64,000 bases of DNA, taken from positions 4,712,001 to 4,776,000 of the forward strand of contig JBPQGU010000016.1 in NCBI GenBank assembly GCA_051362555.1, given 5' to 3'. Each line of letters opens with the position of its first letter. The first letter of the stretch is position 1. Position numbers and translations under genes: made by a program. Positions 37,675 to 48,400 of this stretch are shown one piece after another. The notes below the pieces were generated by a model that ran no database searches, was not told the DNA's origin, and saw only the letters and a list, made by a program, of their open reading frames with translations. Source of the DNA: Lingula anatina (Eukaryota; Animalia; Brachiopoda).

Positions 37675-38254
37675 ATGTACATGTGGATTTGACTTATTCA
37701 TTCACACATTAATTGATCAATAAGACCACGGGCGCTAATATACATGTATATTCCATAATACTGTAAAATGTATTCATAAATTACTGTTGTACGCGCACCG
37801 ATACTCCCCCTCGTCGTTATACAATTTTCATACATAACTGTCATTGTAACTCAACGATATTATATTTAAAATAGGCCATGTAAATTTGAAAAGCTGTAGC
37901 TAGGATCGAGGCCTACCAATGAAATCTAAATATTTTCAAGAACTTTTACTGGGCATAAATACGATTTAACCCGATTTATCAAAAGCCAATTGCCACCTCT
38001 ATATCTCGACTTTTCAATAAGAAACTAGGTAGCATCTAAAAGCTTAAAGCTTCAAAAATTTTGAGACCATAACAGAGTCAGCCAAGGGCACGTTTCGGTG
38101 CCACATTTGATTACGTCATGATGGATATTTACAGGTGAAGGACCAGAACAGTCTGTCGGAAACAATATAGAAACAAGGAGTCTGTTGTAACTCATTGGTA
38201 GAAATAAGAGACTGAATTTGATCTGAGGACCAGGATAGATCCGTAAATGACGCG

Positions 38255-40466
38255 TGTCCCATTCACTGTTCCTGAATTCTAAAATCTAGAGTAAAAATAT
38301 GTACTTAAGCATTGTAGCAGGACGTAAACCAATCCACTTCATGAGGACCCCATATCTTATCAAAATGTGAGAATAATTCTTTAGAAATACCCCAATTGTC
38401 AACATCCACACTTCTACTTATATAATCTGCATGGGTATTCTCTTCTCTCAGTATCCTTTCATTTCTATTGAATAACTCCATTAGAAGAAAAACATCTAAA
38501 ATAATAGGTTGTAATTTACTCCTCATGCTACTTTTTTCTTTAATGTTTACAACATCTTTGCTATCAGAAAACCACTTCAATCTCAAAACACTCAACGTGT
38601 TTGCCATGGAAAACAGGACCCTGAAAACAGCTATCAGTTCTCTGTAAGTAGAGCTCTCCGTCGCTTCGTCAGCTGACCATTCCCCGCAACACACCCTTTT
38701 AGGTGTCTCCACACAATATCCTCCAAACCCAGTACTACTAGCATCAGAATAAACTACCTTATTGCACTGAGGTGAAAACTGTAAAATTCTGATTTACTAC
38801 ACCAAGGTCTAATTTGACTGCATGCTTTCACACACATTTTCTGATTCTAAGAAAAAGCACTTGAAATAACCATGCTAATATAATTTGTCATTAGTTGCGT
38901 TACACTTCCCAACACATGAGACATAGTATAATCCGACCGACATAGCCAGACCTTTGCTCACTTTCGTGCGAATATAATGTCAGATCTCTTAGCACTTGCT
39001 AATCTAATATCAAGAACTTTGATTTCCCCAATACTAATATCTATTTCGATGCCTATAAATGCCAGACTCTGTACCTACGACCAAATAGTATTCTCATATA
39101 TTTACATAAAACCTGACTTAGCAATATCATCTTTGATCTCAGCACCCTGATGCTCCAATCTATCTATGTTACTGCAGTACCACAGACCGTCATCCAATTA
39201 CATCGAACCATTCTTTGATTAATTGCCAAGTCAATTTTGAAAAAAATATTAAGTGCTAATGATAACCCAAATGGAAGAACTAAGAATCAAAAATAAATCT
39301 GCTGATCTTGAATTTTCCATGAAAAACCTCAATAATCCGTATGAGGATAATAGATATCTAGATGTTGATTAGCTGAATCAAATTTAATCAACCAACCACA
39401 CAGATTCATAAACATAAGAGCCGTTCTCAAATGTCCGTAACTACCAGACTGCTTACAGACATGTTTGTTTACTTCTCGTACATCTAAAATCAATCTAATT
39501 TTTCACTGCTATGCACTGCTTCTGTTTAAGGGTTATCAACAATTGGTTGTTTGCTACACCTTTTAATCAAAGGCATATTTTTCAATTCAAGAATAGCTTT
39601 TTAACAAAAAACTTATTTTTCAATGGTGAAAGCTGTTATCTTTCCTCATCCCACAGGGTGTTGCTATAAACGGAAATTTATAACCATTTTTATCAAGTCT
39701 AGAATAAAAAATGAATACCCTACTTCTTCCCAAAAACTTAAATTGGTTCTTAACCTACTTTTCACGGGTATGAATTTCTGATTTTGCTCATGTTCATAAT
39801 TATGCAACTCTTGATTGAAACTAACGCACTCATACATGTACCGGGTACTTATCTATTTTTCAATGCTTCCGCCTTCTATCCCATTCCAGATGTTCCCTTA
39901 TCTCTTGGGTTGGACTCTGGTAGAATAACTTTCCCCTCTGTAAGTTGGTCACTCAAGCATGAAATGGCCCTTTCCTCAACAAGCTAAGCAAAGTCACGAC
40001 CCGCTGCTGCGATAAAGACTTCTCCGCTGAGAAGTATCGCCCACCACACCTATCGGTCGGTCTGCTGATATAACCTTATTTTTTAGGCTCCCTTTTTGTT
40101 TTCTTTTATTTTCTTTGTAGCTCTCTCGCTCTCAGAATCACAAGCAAGAGGATTAACAGTATGTTCCTTAACAGTGTCGAAAGTGTCAGCAATTCTGATA
40201 AGTTTGTTTCTCTTGCCAAGACTGTAAGGCACTGTCAGTTTGTTCACCACAATAATCTTATTTTCAAATACTGTTGAGTCAAATTGCTGGTGATTACCTT
40301 CTATTTTCCAAGATAAATATTGTGACTTTCAGTTTTTACCGGCTTCGGCATTAAATGTAGACAGTCTCTGGTCGAAATAGTCTTTCGTCTCTTTCTTTTT
40401 ACTTTCCATTTTTTTCATTACATCAGCCAAGGTAAAGTGTTCGCCTCCACTGGACTCATCAACCAT
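38255..40466 (-). pseudogene. Second decayed DIRS/Ngaro-type retroelement: gag-like ORF, RT and RNase H
   Basis: From ATG 40466: MVDESS...EGNHQQFD...KRNKLIRIADTFDTVKEHTVNPLACDSESE (gag-like). RT motifs SRLRTN..FWEEVG, GYKFPF, LILDVREVNK, HLDIY, LVLPFGLS, LDDGL. RNase H VYSDASSTGFGG...SSTYRELIAV...WFSDS...PHEVDWF (ORF 38305-38712). Many stops and frameshifts. Confidence 0.88.
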
Positions 40467-40697
40467 GTCGTCTACGGAGTCGTAATCATAAGCGTGTTAA
40501 CAGTACCGTGTCAATCGCCTAAATGACACGAAAACTCCCCTACACCAATCCCGCCCTCTTCTGGCGTGTCATAACCAGAGAGAAATTAATTTCACTTTAA
40601 TTCCTCTCGTCAACCGATTGAAATTATATTTCTATTGACTCGCTACATCGAGCTGGACGTGACGCAGTTAAGGTGGTACAGGACAAAAGATTTGTGC

Positions 40698-42790
40698 CAG
40701 TGGTGGATTTAGGAGGGTCGGTGGGGGCGGGGAGTTTCGACCCCGACTGAATTTTTATAAATATAATGTACTTTTTTTTAGAAAATCGAACTCCCCTACA
40801 CTCGATAAAGTCAGGTTTGCTTATTTCTCAAATTCGTTCCAAGGGTTCGTTACTACTCCACTCGTTTAACTCAATAGATCAGGTGATGGTCGTCGGCGTA
40901 ACTCTGATTACTGTCTCATAAACAAAGGTGGCTGACCGTGATTCTTACTTCGCGTTAAAGGGTAGGTACTTTAATATTTATAAAACTTAAGTTTAAAGCT
41001 TAAATGCACAACCTATGACACAAATGCCAGATATGTAATTAACCTGTGTCCACCGAGGTCCATTAGTAGTTGCAGTGGTGGATTGGGAGGGGGGGGGGGG
41101 GGGGGTCAGGGGGTCCTGACCTCCTCCCCTTCAGTTTCTAAAAATAATCACACCGATGGTCCCCTTATGAAATAAGTATTTTCTCTAGCCGAATCATAGT
41201 TTTAAAAAGTACCAAATAGCACCGTTCGCCCTCTAAGATAAGGGTCGGTTTTGCATCCGTGGACCCCCCTTCAAATAATCCTAGTCCCGCCCCTGGGTTG
41301 GTCGCCCTTGTAACCTACAGCAGGTAAGTGATTCTTGCTATTGTCTGTTTTTGATAATCGCCTAAGATATCAATCAAGTTGTTGTATTTGTAGCGGCAAA
41401 AGGTTTCAATCTAACGCTCTTAATGGCTAAAATTAATCTGCAAACCACGTGCACTTAGTACAACTGGAAATTTTAAAAGGTGGCGATTTTATAATGAGCC
41501 GCGCAACTTTGCAACTTTTCTATCTCCAAAACTACCAGAGATATGCCCATAATCACTATTGAACTTGAATAGGCAGTCATATGCTGACAATCTGTGTTCT
41601 TGAAATTGAGCTTTGACCTACTTTTTGCCATGAACTGCACTTCACAAATTTGAATTTAAACTTTTACTTTTCCTCATGATTTTGTTTTAAATGGTAATTT
41701 TCAACAAAACTATTTAGAACTTTTGCTTACTGCATGTAGAGCTTGTCAAGCACAACACTGGAGGTGGTGTCCCTTTTTTCACTTTTCTATACGAATGAGC
41801 TTACTCCAGCTGGTGGTACAATACCCTCAGGCGGTATCACCTCTCTGATCCTCTAGTTTTCATGGTTTTTCAAATTCATGCTTCATTTGACAAGATAAAG
41901 TGGCGTAATAAACAAAGCATTTTGTCCTGTCACACAAGTATGTTATTGCTTTTTAACCTCATTCACGGATCGTTGTGGAAATGAAATTAGGGGGTGTGAA
42001 AAATACATGGTTACCTAGAAATTCAGTGTTCAGACCAGGCTTTCACTTACTGCCTACCAGCTTGCTGCTTACTTTTTTCGTTTTTCTTACATTTTAGTTA
42101 AACATGTTTCAAACAACAAAAGCTCTAGATATTATAAAGGTTTGACAAACATTTTATTTCGAAACTTGTACATGTACCAGTTAAGTTTCCGTTTTGCTGA
42201 TTATGTGACCATCTCCATAAATAGAATAGGCCTGCATTGGTGCACATGGACGCGGTCGCAAATTACAGTGGAATGCTTTTTTTTCGAACAAAATTAATAC
42301 ACATTGCTAAGTTTAACTAGAAAAGCAAATATATAAATGGGCATTCAAGGTGTGTTTACATTATCGCTAGTAGAGTCCGAATTACTGGTTGCCTATGTGT
42401 GGACGAAAACCGCAGTGAGCCATCCTGAAGTATGTATAATTTCTTTATTTAGTATTCTTTACTGAGAAATGGACCATGTAATGCTAAATGCCATCGAACT
42501 CCTTTCGATTTTTTCCTTCAGCTGCCTTCAAATAGTGCCTCTACCCCCTACATCTAAACAGCCATACCCGAGTATGTCGTGAGATCATCTTAGATGTAGT
42601 CTGACAAGCGACTTTGCGGCATAAACCTTGCATTACTAATCATCATGCATCGTTATTTTATTTGATTTAATTTTAATGAATATTAATTCAATTAATTTAT
42701 TCAATGTTAAAAATGAACCGTTCCGTCCACGTAGAAGCGGGGTCAATAAAAACTAACCACCTAGTCTTCGAAATCCTGGATTCGCCCCTG
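40698..42790. mobile_element. Possible larger GGCGGAT-TIR element (or two solo ends) enclosing nested inserts
   Basis: CAGTGGTGGATTTAGG at 40698 and CCTGGATTCGCCCCTG ending at 42790. Flanks TGTGC/AGAGC match only 3/5, so the pairing is uncertain. Confidence 0.3.
41073..41295. mobile_element. MITE with degenerate CAG(T/G)GG-type TIRs and near-perfect 5-bp TSD
   Basis: AGTTG|CAGTGGTGGATT...CCCGCCCCTG|GGTTG (4/5 TSD). Internal GTCAGGGGGTCCTGACC resembles the 37401 element. Confidence 0.6.
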
Positions 42791-42986
42791 AGAGCTGTTC
42801 GTTATTGATTTCTTAATAACGATCTTGCTGCATACTGGCAATAAACACAATCGGATTTGTTACCATTTTTAAGGATTTATGATGTTACATTCAAGTTGTA
42901 ATTTTTTCTGTGCTAGATTTCTATAACAAACAGAACCGTAAAGAAAAAACAGTAATTTAAGCGCATTATACTGTAGGTGTTCAGTG

Positions 42987-43154
42987 CAGGGGCGGATTTA
43001 GGCCGTCTTCTGGGTCTTCCAGAAGACGGTCAGATTTTCAAGTTTACATTGACGGGTATCCAATTTTTAATGTTGGAAGACGGTCAAAATTGGAGGATGA
43101 ATCAACAAAGATAATTTGGAAGACTGTCAGTATATAGCTCTGGATCCGCCCCTG
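42987..43154. mobile_element. 168-bp MITE, TIR CAGGGGCGGAT, 5-bp TSD CAGTG
   Basis: CAGTG|CAGGGGCGGATTTAG...CTGGATCCGCCCCTG|CAGTG, with three internal GAAGAC(G/T)GTCA repeats. Confidence 0.82.
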
Positions 43155-43817
43155 CAGTGGTTCCTACAATCGCCCAAGGACAGCGTAAATTGTAGAATCT
43201 CACATTTCCAGGAGGACAAAGGCGGCAATTTCTCGCTTAAACAATGTTTTTTTTTTGTTGTTGTTGTTTCAATTTCTTTTACGAATAGAGTGGCCCCTGA
43301 AGAAAAGATTATGTCGTCTTTGCTATCTTCTGTTAAAAACATACTTTTAGTAAAATAATTAATAAACAAATCAAGAAGAAGATGCACATATTGTATACAG
43401 TAACCACTGTTGAAGAACGAAGTGAAGTATACAGATATTTCTTAATAATCACAAAGCCGAGCTGCATACATATTAGATCGACTATGTACTTTGTTACTAA
43501 GCAGACCAACTTTAGTAATTCCTTTATTTTTCCACAATATTTCTAATGAAATGTGTCACTTTTGGGTCCCAAGAGGGTGGTGCACTTTCGGAAAAATAGT
43601 ATTTCGAGAGTTTTTAGATCAATCATTGTGTTTTGTTGGTAGCAGTTTTAACCAATTGCAAAGAGTATCGTTGCAGGAGCTTTAAGATGCGGGTGAGGTC
43701 GATGGAGTGTAAGGGGTAGTATAGGCCTATCGGTGCGAGGGAGTAATGGTGCGGAGGAGTATCAGTGCTGAGACGGAAAGGGATCATTCACAATAATTGT
43801 CTAAACATATCAACATC

Positions 43818-44090
43818 TCATCATTAAATTCCCAAATTGCATCTTTATAGTACTTCAAAAAGCTCCTCAGGGGTTTGAGGTTGGGGAGGGGGATGGAAAA
43901 ATATTTTTTTAATTCACAAGAAATATTGAAAAAAAAAAAAAAAACAATTTACCTGTGGATGACTAGAAAAAACAAAACACACCTTCCTGACATCATTATT
44001 TTAATTATTTTAAAAAGACCCAAATTTCATCTTTATATTATTTCAAAAAGCTCCCCAGGGGCTTGAGAGTGGGAGCTGGAATTTCATCCC
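43818..44090 (+). repeat. Degenerate relic of the satellite, ~188-bp periodicity
   Basis: CCCAAATT(G/T)CATCTTTATA..A.TTCAAAAAGCTCC at 43831 and 44019. ACTAGAAAAAACAAAACACACCTTCCTGACA (43962) matches satellite ACTACAAATGACCGAACACACCTACCTGACA at 25/31, about 70 bp after a G-rich tract as in the monomer. Confidence 0.7.
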
Positions 44091-44867
44091 GTGGGAGTTA
44101 CAAGTCTCACGAAGAAAATGTTAATATGTGAAAAAAATATTTTGAAAATAATAATAATAAATAATAATAATGATGATAATTAAATAAATAAATAACTCTC
44201 AGAAAAAGAATGCAATCAGTTCAGTTTTCTAACTCAAGCTGTATTTCAGTCCAATTTACCTTTTCTGTAAGATTGAGATCCATGAGTAACATGGTTTTAC
44301 TTAAATTGTCATCAGTGTTCAAAATGGGGTTTCTTTAACTTTGACAAAATCAGCCCAGATCATCATGTGAAATGTGATTTATGTGAAATGTGTTCAAAAT
44401 AAGCATTAAAACCTGTCTTTATAGATATTGATGTTTGCTTTTAAAATCTCATTTGAGGCAGGAGTGGGGCATCCAGACAAAGTTGTTCATTTAACTAATA
44501 TGCTGACAAAATCACATTACCTCATAAAGACCCAAAATAACAACATTGTGCTTTTAACCCAAAACTTGGGAAATCTGCCAAATTTGCGTAAGCACCCTCA
44601 AGTGGAAATAGCAAAAAAAAAAAAAAAATAAATAAATAATAATAATAAATAAATAATGATAATAATTAATCAATGAATGTTCATTCATTTCTCATTATTG
44701 CCAAAAATACAAAATGTGGAAATCTTTTCAGAGTTTTTGTTCACAAGGAAGTATCAGTTCATAAAAAATGCACACTCAAAGTTAATTAAGCCTTCTCTAA
44801 TAATTGCAATAGTCGTTTTTCTAATTTCCAAAAAGAGATTTCAACATGATTTTAATGCATGGACTTA

Positions 44868-45319
44868 TGGCTGTTTTTTCTTTTTAACTTCCAGATTAAG
44901 CTGCTGGTTTGTACTTTCTATACCAAGGGTTTGAAGACCCACTATGCAAGTACCAGAACCTGCTACAGACAGTTGTCTTGGAGCCTCCAGAACACTTGCA
45001 ATCCATATCCCTATCATCAAGGGGTCATTTCTTCGATGACATGCTGCGGCGTGGGGCGAGTACCTTAAAGACTTTGATGCTTTTGGACCTTTAATATATT
45101 GTCCATACTGACTTACATCATACTAGTCCTTGGAAGGCTTGGAATACTTGATTTGACCCTTTGACACCGGTTTGCAAAGCTAAGACCATTTCTGCTTAAT
45201 TTGACTGATGACTTGTAAAGCACTCTTCAAACTCTTTGGTGCTCCTGTGCTGTAAGTAACAGTATTCGTTTGATAGCACAGGCAAGGTGTCTCGGGAACA
45301 GTAATGGCTGCTGAAATTG
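44868..45319 (-). pseudogene. Exon-like, GC-richer segment of unknown origin with disrupted reading frame
   Basis: Minus-strand acceptor TTTTATTCCAG ends at 45320. One frame runs ~150 codons with two TAG stops (ISAAITVPETPCLCYQ...). An alternative frame ends CKCSGGSKTTVCSRFWYLHSGSSNPWYRKYKPAA*. No family recognised. Confidence 0.3.
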
Positions 45320-45460
45320 CTGGAATAAAAAAGACAGACAAACTGAAAACTTTTGTTCTAAGTTTTAAAAAACTGATACGGTAATTATTTTAAAAAAGGA
45401 CTATGTATATAGGAAAGGCATCATAAAATTCGATAAATTAAAGATAAAATAATAATATAG

Positions 45461-48400
45461 CAGGAATCTGTATACATAGTTTTTGCTCTATTTCTTCAAT
45501 AATGTTGACACCACCACTCTTCCAGCATTTTATGCTTACTACAAATGACCAAACACACCAACCTGACACTATAATGAAAAAAAAAATTTTTTTTCATCCA
45601 TACCTGGCCAAAATTGAAGAAATCTCACATGGCTGGCACTTATGAAAATCACTCAAAAAAAAAAAAAAATGTCATGAAAATCAATCTATCACACCTATCA
45701 TTCATAAAAAATGTGGAAATACGCCAGGGTCACTTCATCAAGGCCCCCAATTCTAGCTTTAAAGATGATCCAAAAATAAGCTCTGAGAACAGAATCTGAG
45801 AGGGGGGGGGGAGACAGAGTTTTTGCTCTATGTCTTCCTTAATGTTGACACCACCATTCTTCCAGCACTTTATTCTTACTACAAATGACCGAACACACCT
45901 ACCTGACACTATAATGAAGAAAAAAAAATTTTCATCCCTACCTGGCCAAAATTGAAGAAATCTCACAGTGCCGGCACTGATCAAAATCACTCAAAATCAC
46001 CAAAAATTGACCTGTCTCCGATTTTTCCAAAAAGTGACGAAAATCAATCTACCACACCTGTCATTCATAAAAAATGTGGAAACGCGCCCGGGTCACTTCA
46101 TCAAGGCCCCCAATTCTAGCTTTAAAGATGATCCACAAATAAGCTCTGAGAACAGAATCTGAGAGGGGGGGGGGAGACAGAGTTTTTGCTCTATTTCTTC
46201 CTTAATGTTGACACCACCACTCTTCCAGCACTTTATTCTTACTACAAATGACCGAACACACCTACCTGACACTATAATGAAGAAAAAAAATTTTCATCCC
46301 TACCTGGCCAAAAGTGAAGAAATCTCACAGTGCCGACACTGTTCAAAATCACTCAAAATCACCAAATATCGACCCGTCTCCGATTTTTCCAAAAAGTGAC
46401 GAAAATCAATGTACCACACCTGTCATTCATAAAAAATGTGGAAACGCGCCCGGGTCACTTCATCAAGGCCCCCAATTCTAGCTTTAAAGATGATCCAAAA
46501 ATAAGCTCTGAGAACAGAATCTGAGAGGGGGGGGGGGGGGAGACAGAGTTTTTGCTCTATTTCTTCCTTAATGTTGACACCACCACTCTTCCAGCACTTT
46601 ATTCTTACTACAAATGACCGAACACACCTACCTGACACTATAATGAAGTAAAAAAAATTTTCATCCCTACCTGGCCAAAATTGAAGAAATCTCACAGTGC
46701 CGGCACTGTTCAAAATCACTCAAAATCACCAAAAAATGACCCGTCTCCGATTTTTCCAAAAAGTGACGAAAATCAATCTACCACACCTGTCATTCATAAA
46801 AAATGTGGAAACGCGCCCGGGTCACTTCATCAAGGCCCCCAATTCCAGCTTTAAAGATGATCCAAAAATAAGCTCTGAGAACAGAATCTGAGAGGGGGGG
46901 GGGGGGGGGGGGGGAGACAGAGTTTTTGCTCTATTTCTTCCTTAATGTTGACACCACCACTCTTCCAGCACTTTATTCTTACTACAAATGACCGAACACA
47001 CCTACCTGACACTTTAATGAAGAAAAAAAATTTTCATCCCTACCTGGCCAAAATTGAAGAAATCTCACAGTGCCGGCACTGTTCAAAATCACTCAAAATC
47101 ACCAAAAATCGACCCGTCTCCGATTTTTCCAAAAAGTGACGAAAATCAATCTACCACACCTGTCATTCATAAAAAATGTGGAAACGCGCCCGGGTCACTT
47201 CATCAAGGCCCCCAATTCTAGCTTTAAAGATGATCCAAAAATAAGCTCTGAGAACAGAATCTGAGAGGGGGGGGGGAGACAGAGTTTTTGCTCTATTTCT
47301 TCCTTAATGTTGACACCACCACTCTTCCAGCACTTTATTCTTACTACAAATGACCGAACACACCTACCTGACACTATAATGAAGAAAAAAAATTTTCATC
47401 CCTACCTGGCCAAAATTGAAGAAATCTCACAGTGCCGGCACTGTTCAAAATCACTCAAAATCACCAAAAATCGACCCGTCTCCGATTTTTCCGAAAAGTG
47501 ACGAAAATCAATCTACCACACCTGTCATTCATAAAAAATGTGGAAACGCGCCCGGGTCACTTCATCAAGGCCCCCAATTCTAGCTTTAAAGATGATCCAA
47601 AAATAAGCTCTGAGAACAGAATCTGAGAGGGGGGGGGGGAGACAGAGTTTTTGCTCTATTTCTTCCTTAATGTTGACACCACCACTCTTCCAGCACTTTA
47701 TTCTTACTACAAATGACCGAACACACCTACCTGACACTATAATGAAGAAAAAAAATTTTCATCCCTACCTGGCCAAAATTGAAGAAATCTCACAGTGCCG
47801 GCACTGTTCAAAATCACTCAAAATCACCAAAAATCGACCCGTCTCCGATTTTTCCAAAAAGTGACGAAAATCAATCTACCACACCTGTCATTCATAAAAA
47901 ATGTGGAAACGCGCCCGGGTCACTTCATCAAGGCCCCCAATTCTAGCTTTAAAGATGATCCAAAAATAAGCTCTGAGAACAGAATCTGAGAGGGGGGGGG
48001 GGGAGACAGAGTTTTTGCTCTATTTCTTCCTTAATGTTGACACCACCACTCTTCCAGCACTTTATTCTTACTACAAATGACCGAACACACCTACCTGACA
48101 CTATAATGAAGAAAAAAAATTTTCATCCCTACCTGGCCAAAATTGAAGAAATCTCACAGTGCCGGCACTGTTCAAAATCACTCAAAATCACCAAAAATCG
48201 ACCCGTCTCCGATTTTTCCAAAAAGTGACGAAAATCAATCTACCACACCTGTCATTCATAAAAAATGTGGAAACACGCCCGGGTCACTTCATCAAGGCCC
48301 CCAATTCTAGCTTTAAAGATGATCCAAAAATAAGCTCTGAGAACAGAATCTGAGAGGGGGGGGGGGGAGACAGAGTTTTTGCTCTATTTATTCCTTAATG

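Noticed and set aside
40668-43684. TTAA-GG/AG motifs (27199, 27301, 28578, 40668, 40956, 43684) as paired Kolobok/piggyBac termini
   Set aside because: No two could be paired as inverted repeats; TTAA is frequent in this AT-rich DNA.
26447-45460. Whole island as one giant transposon or endogenous virus inserted into the array
   Set aside because: No terminal repeats, no TSD, satellite phases at the two ends do not match, and there are no Polinton or viral genes; the contents are independent decayed TEs.
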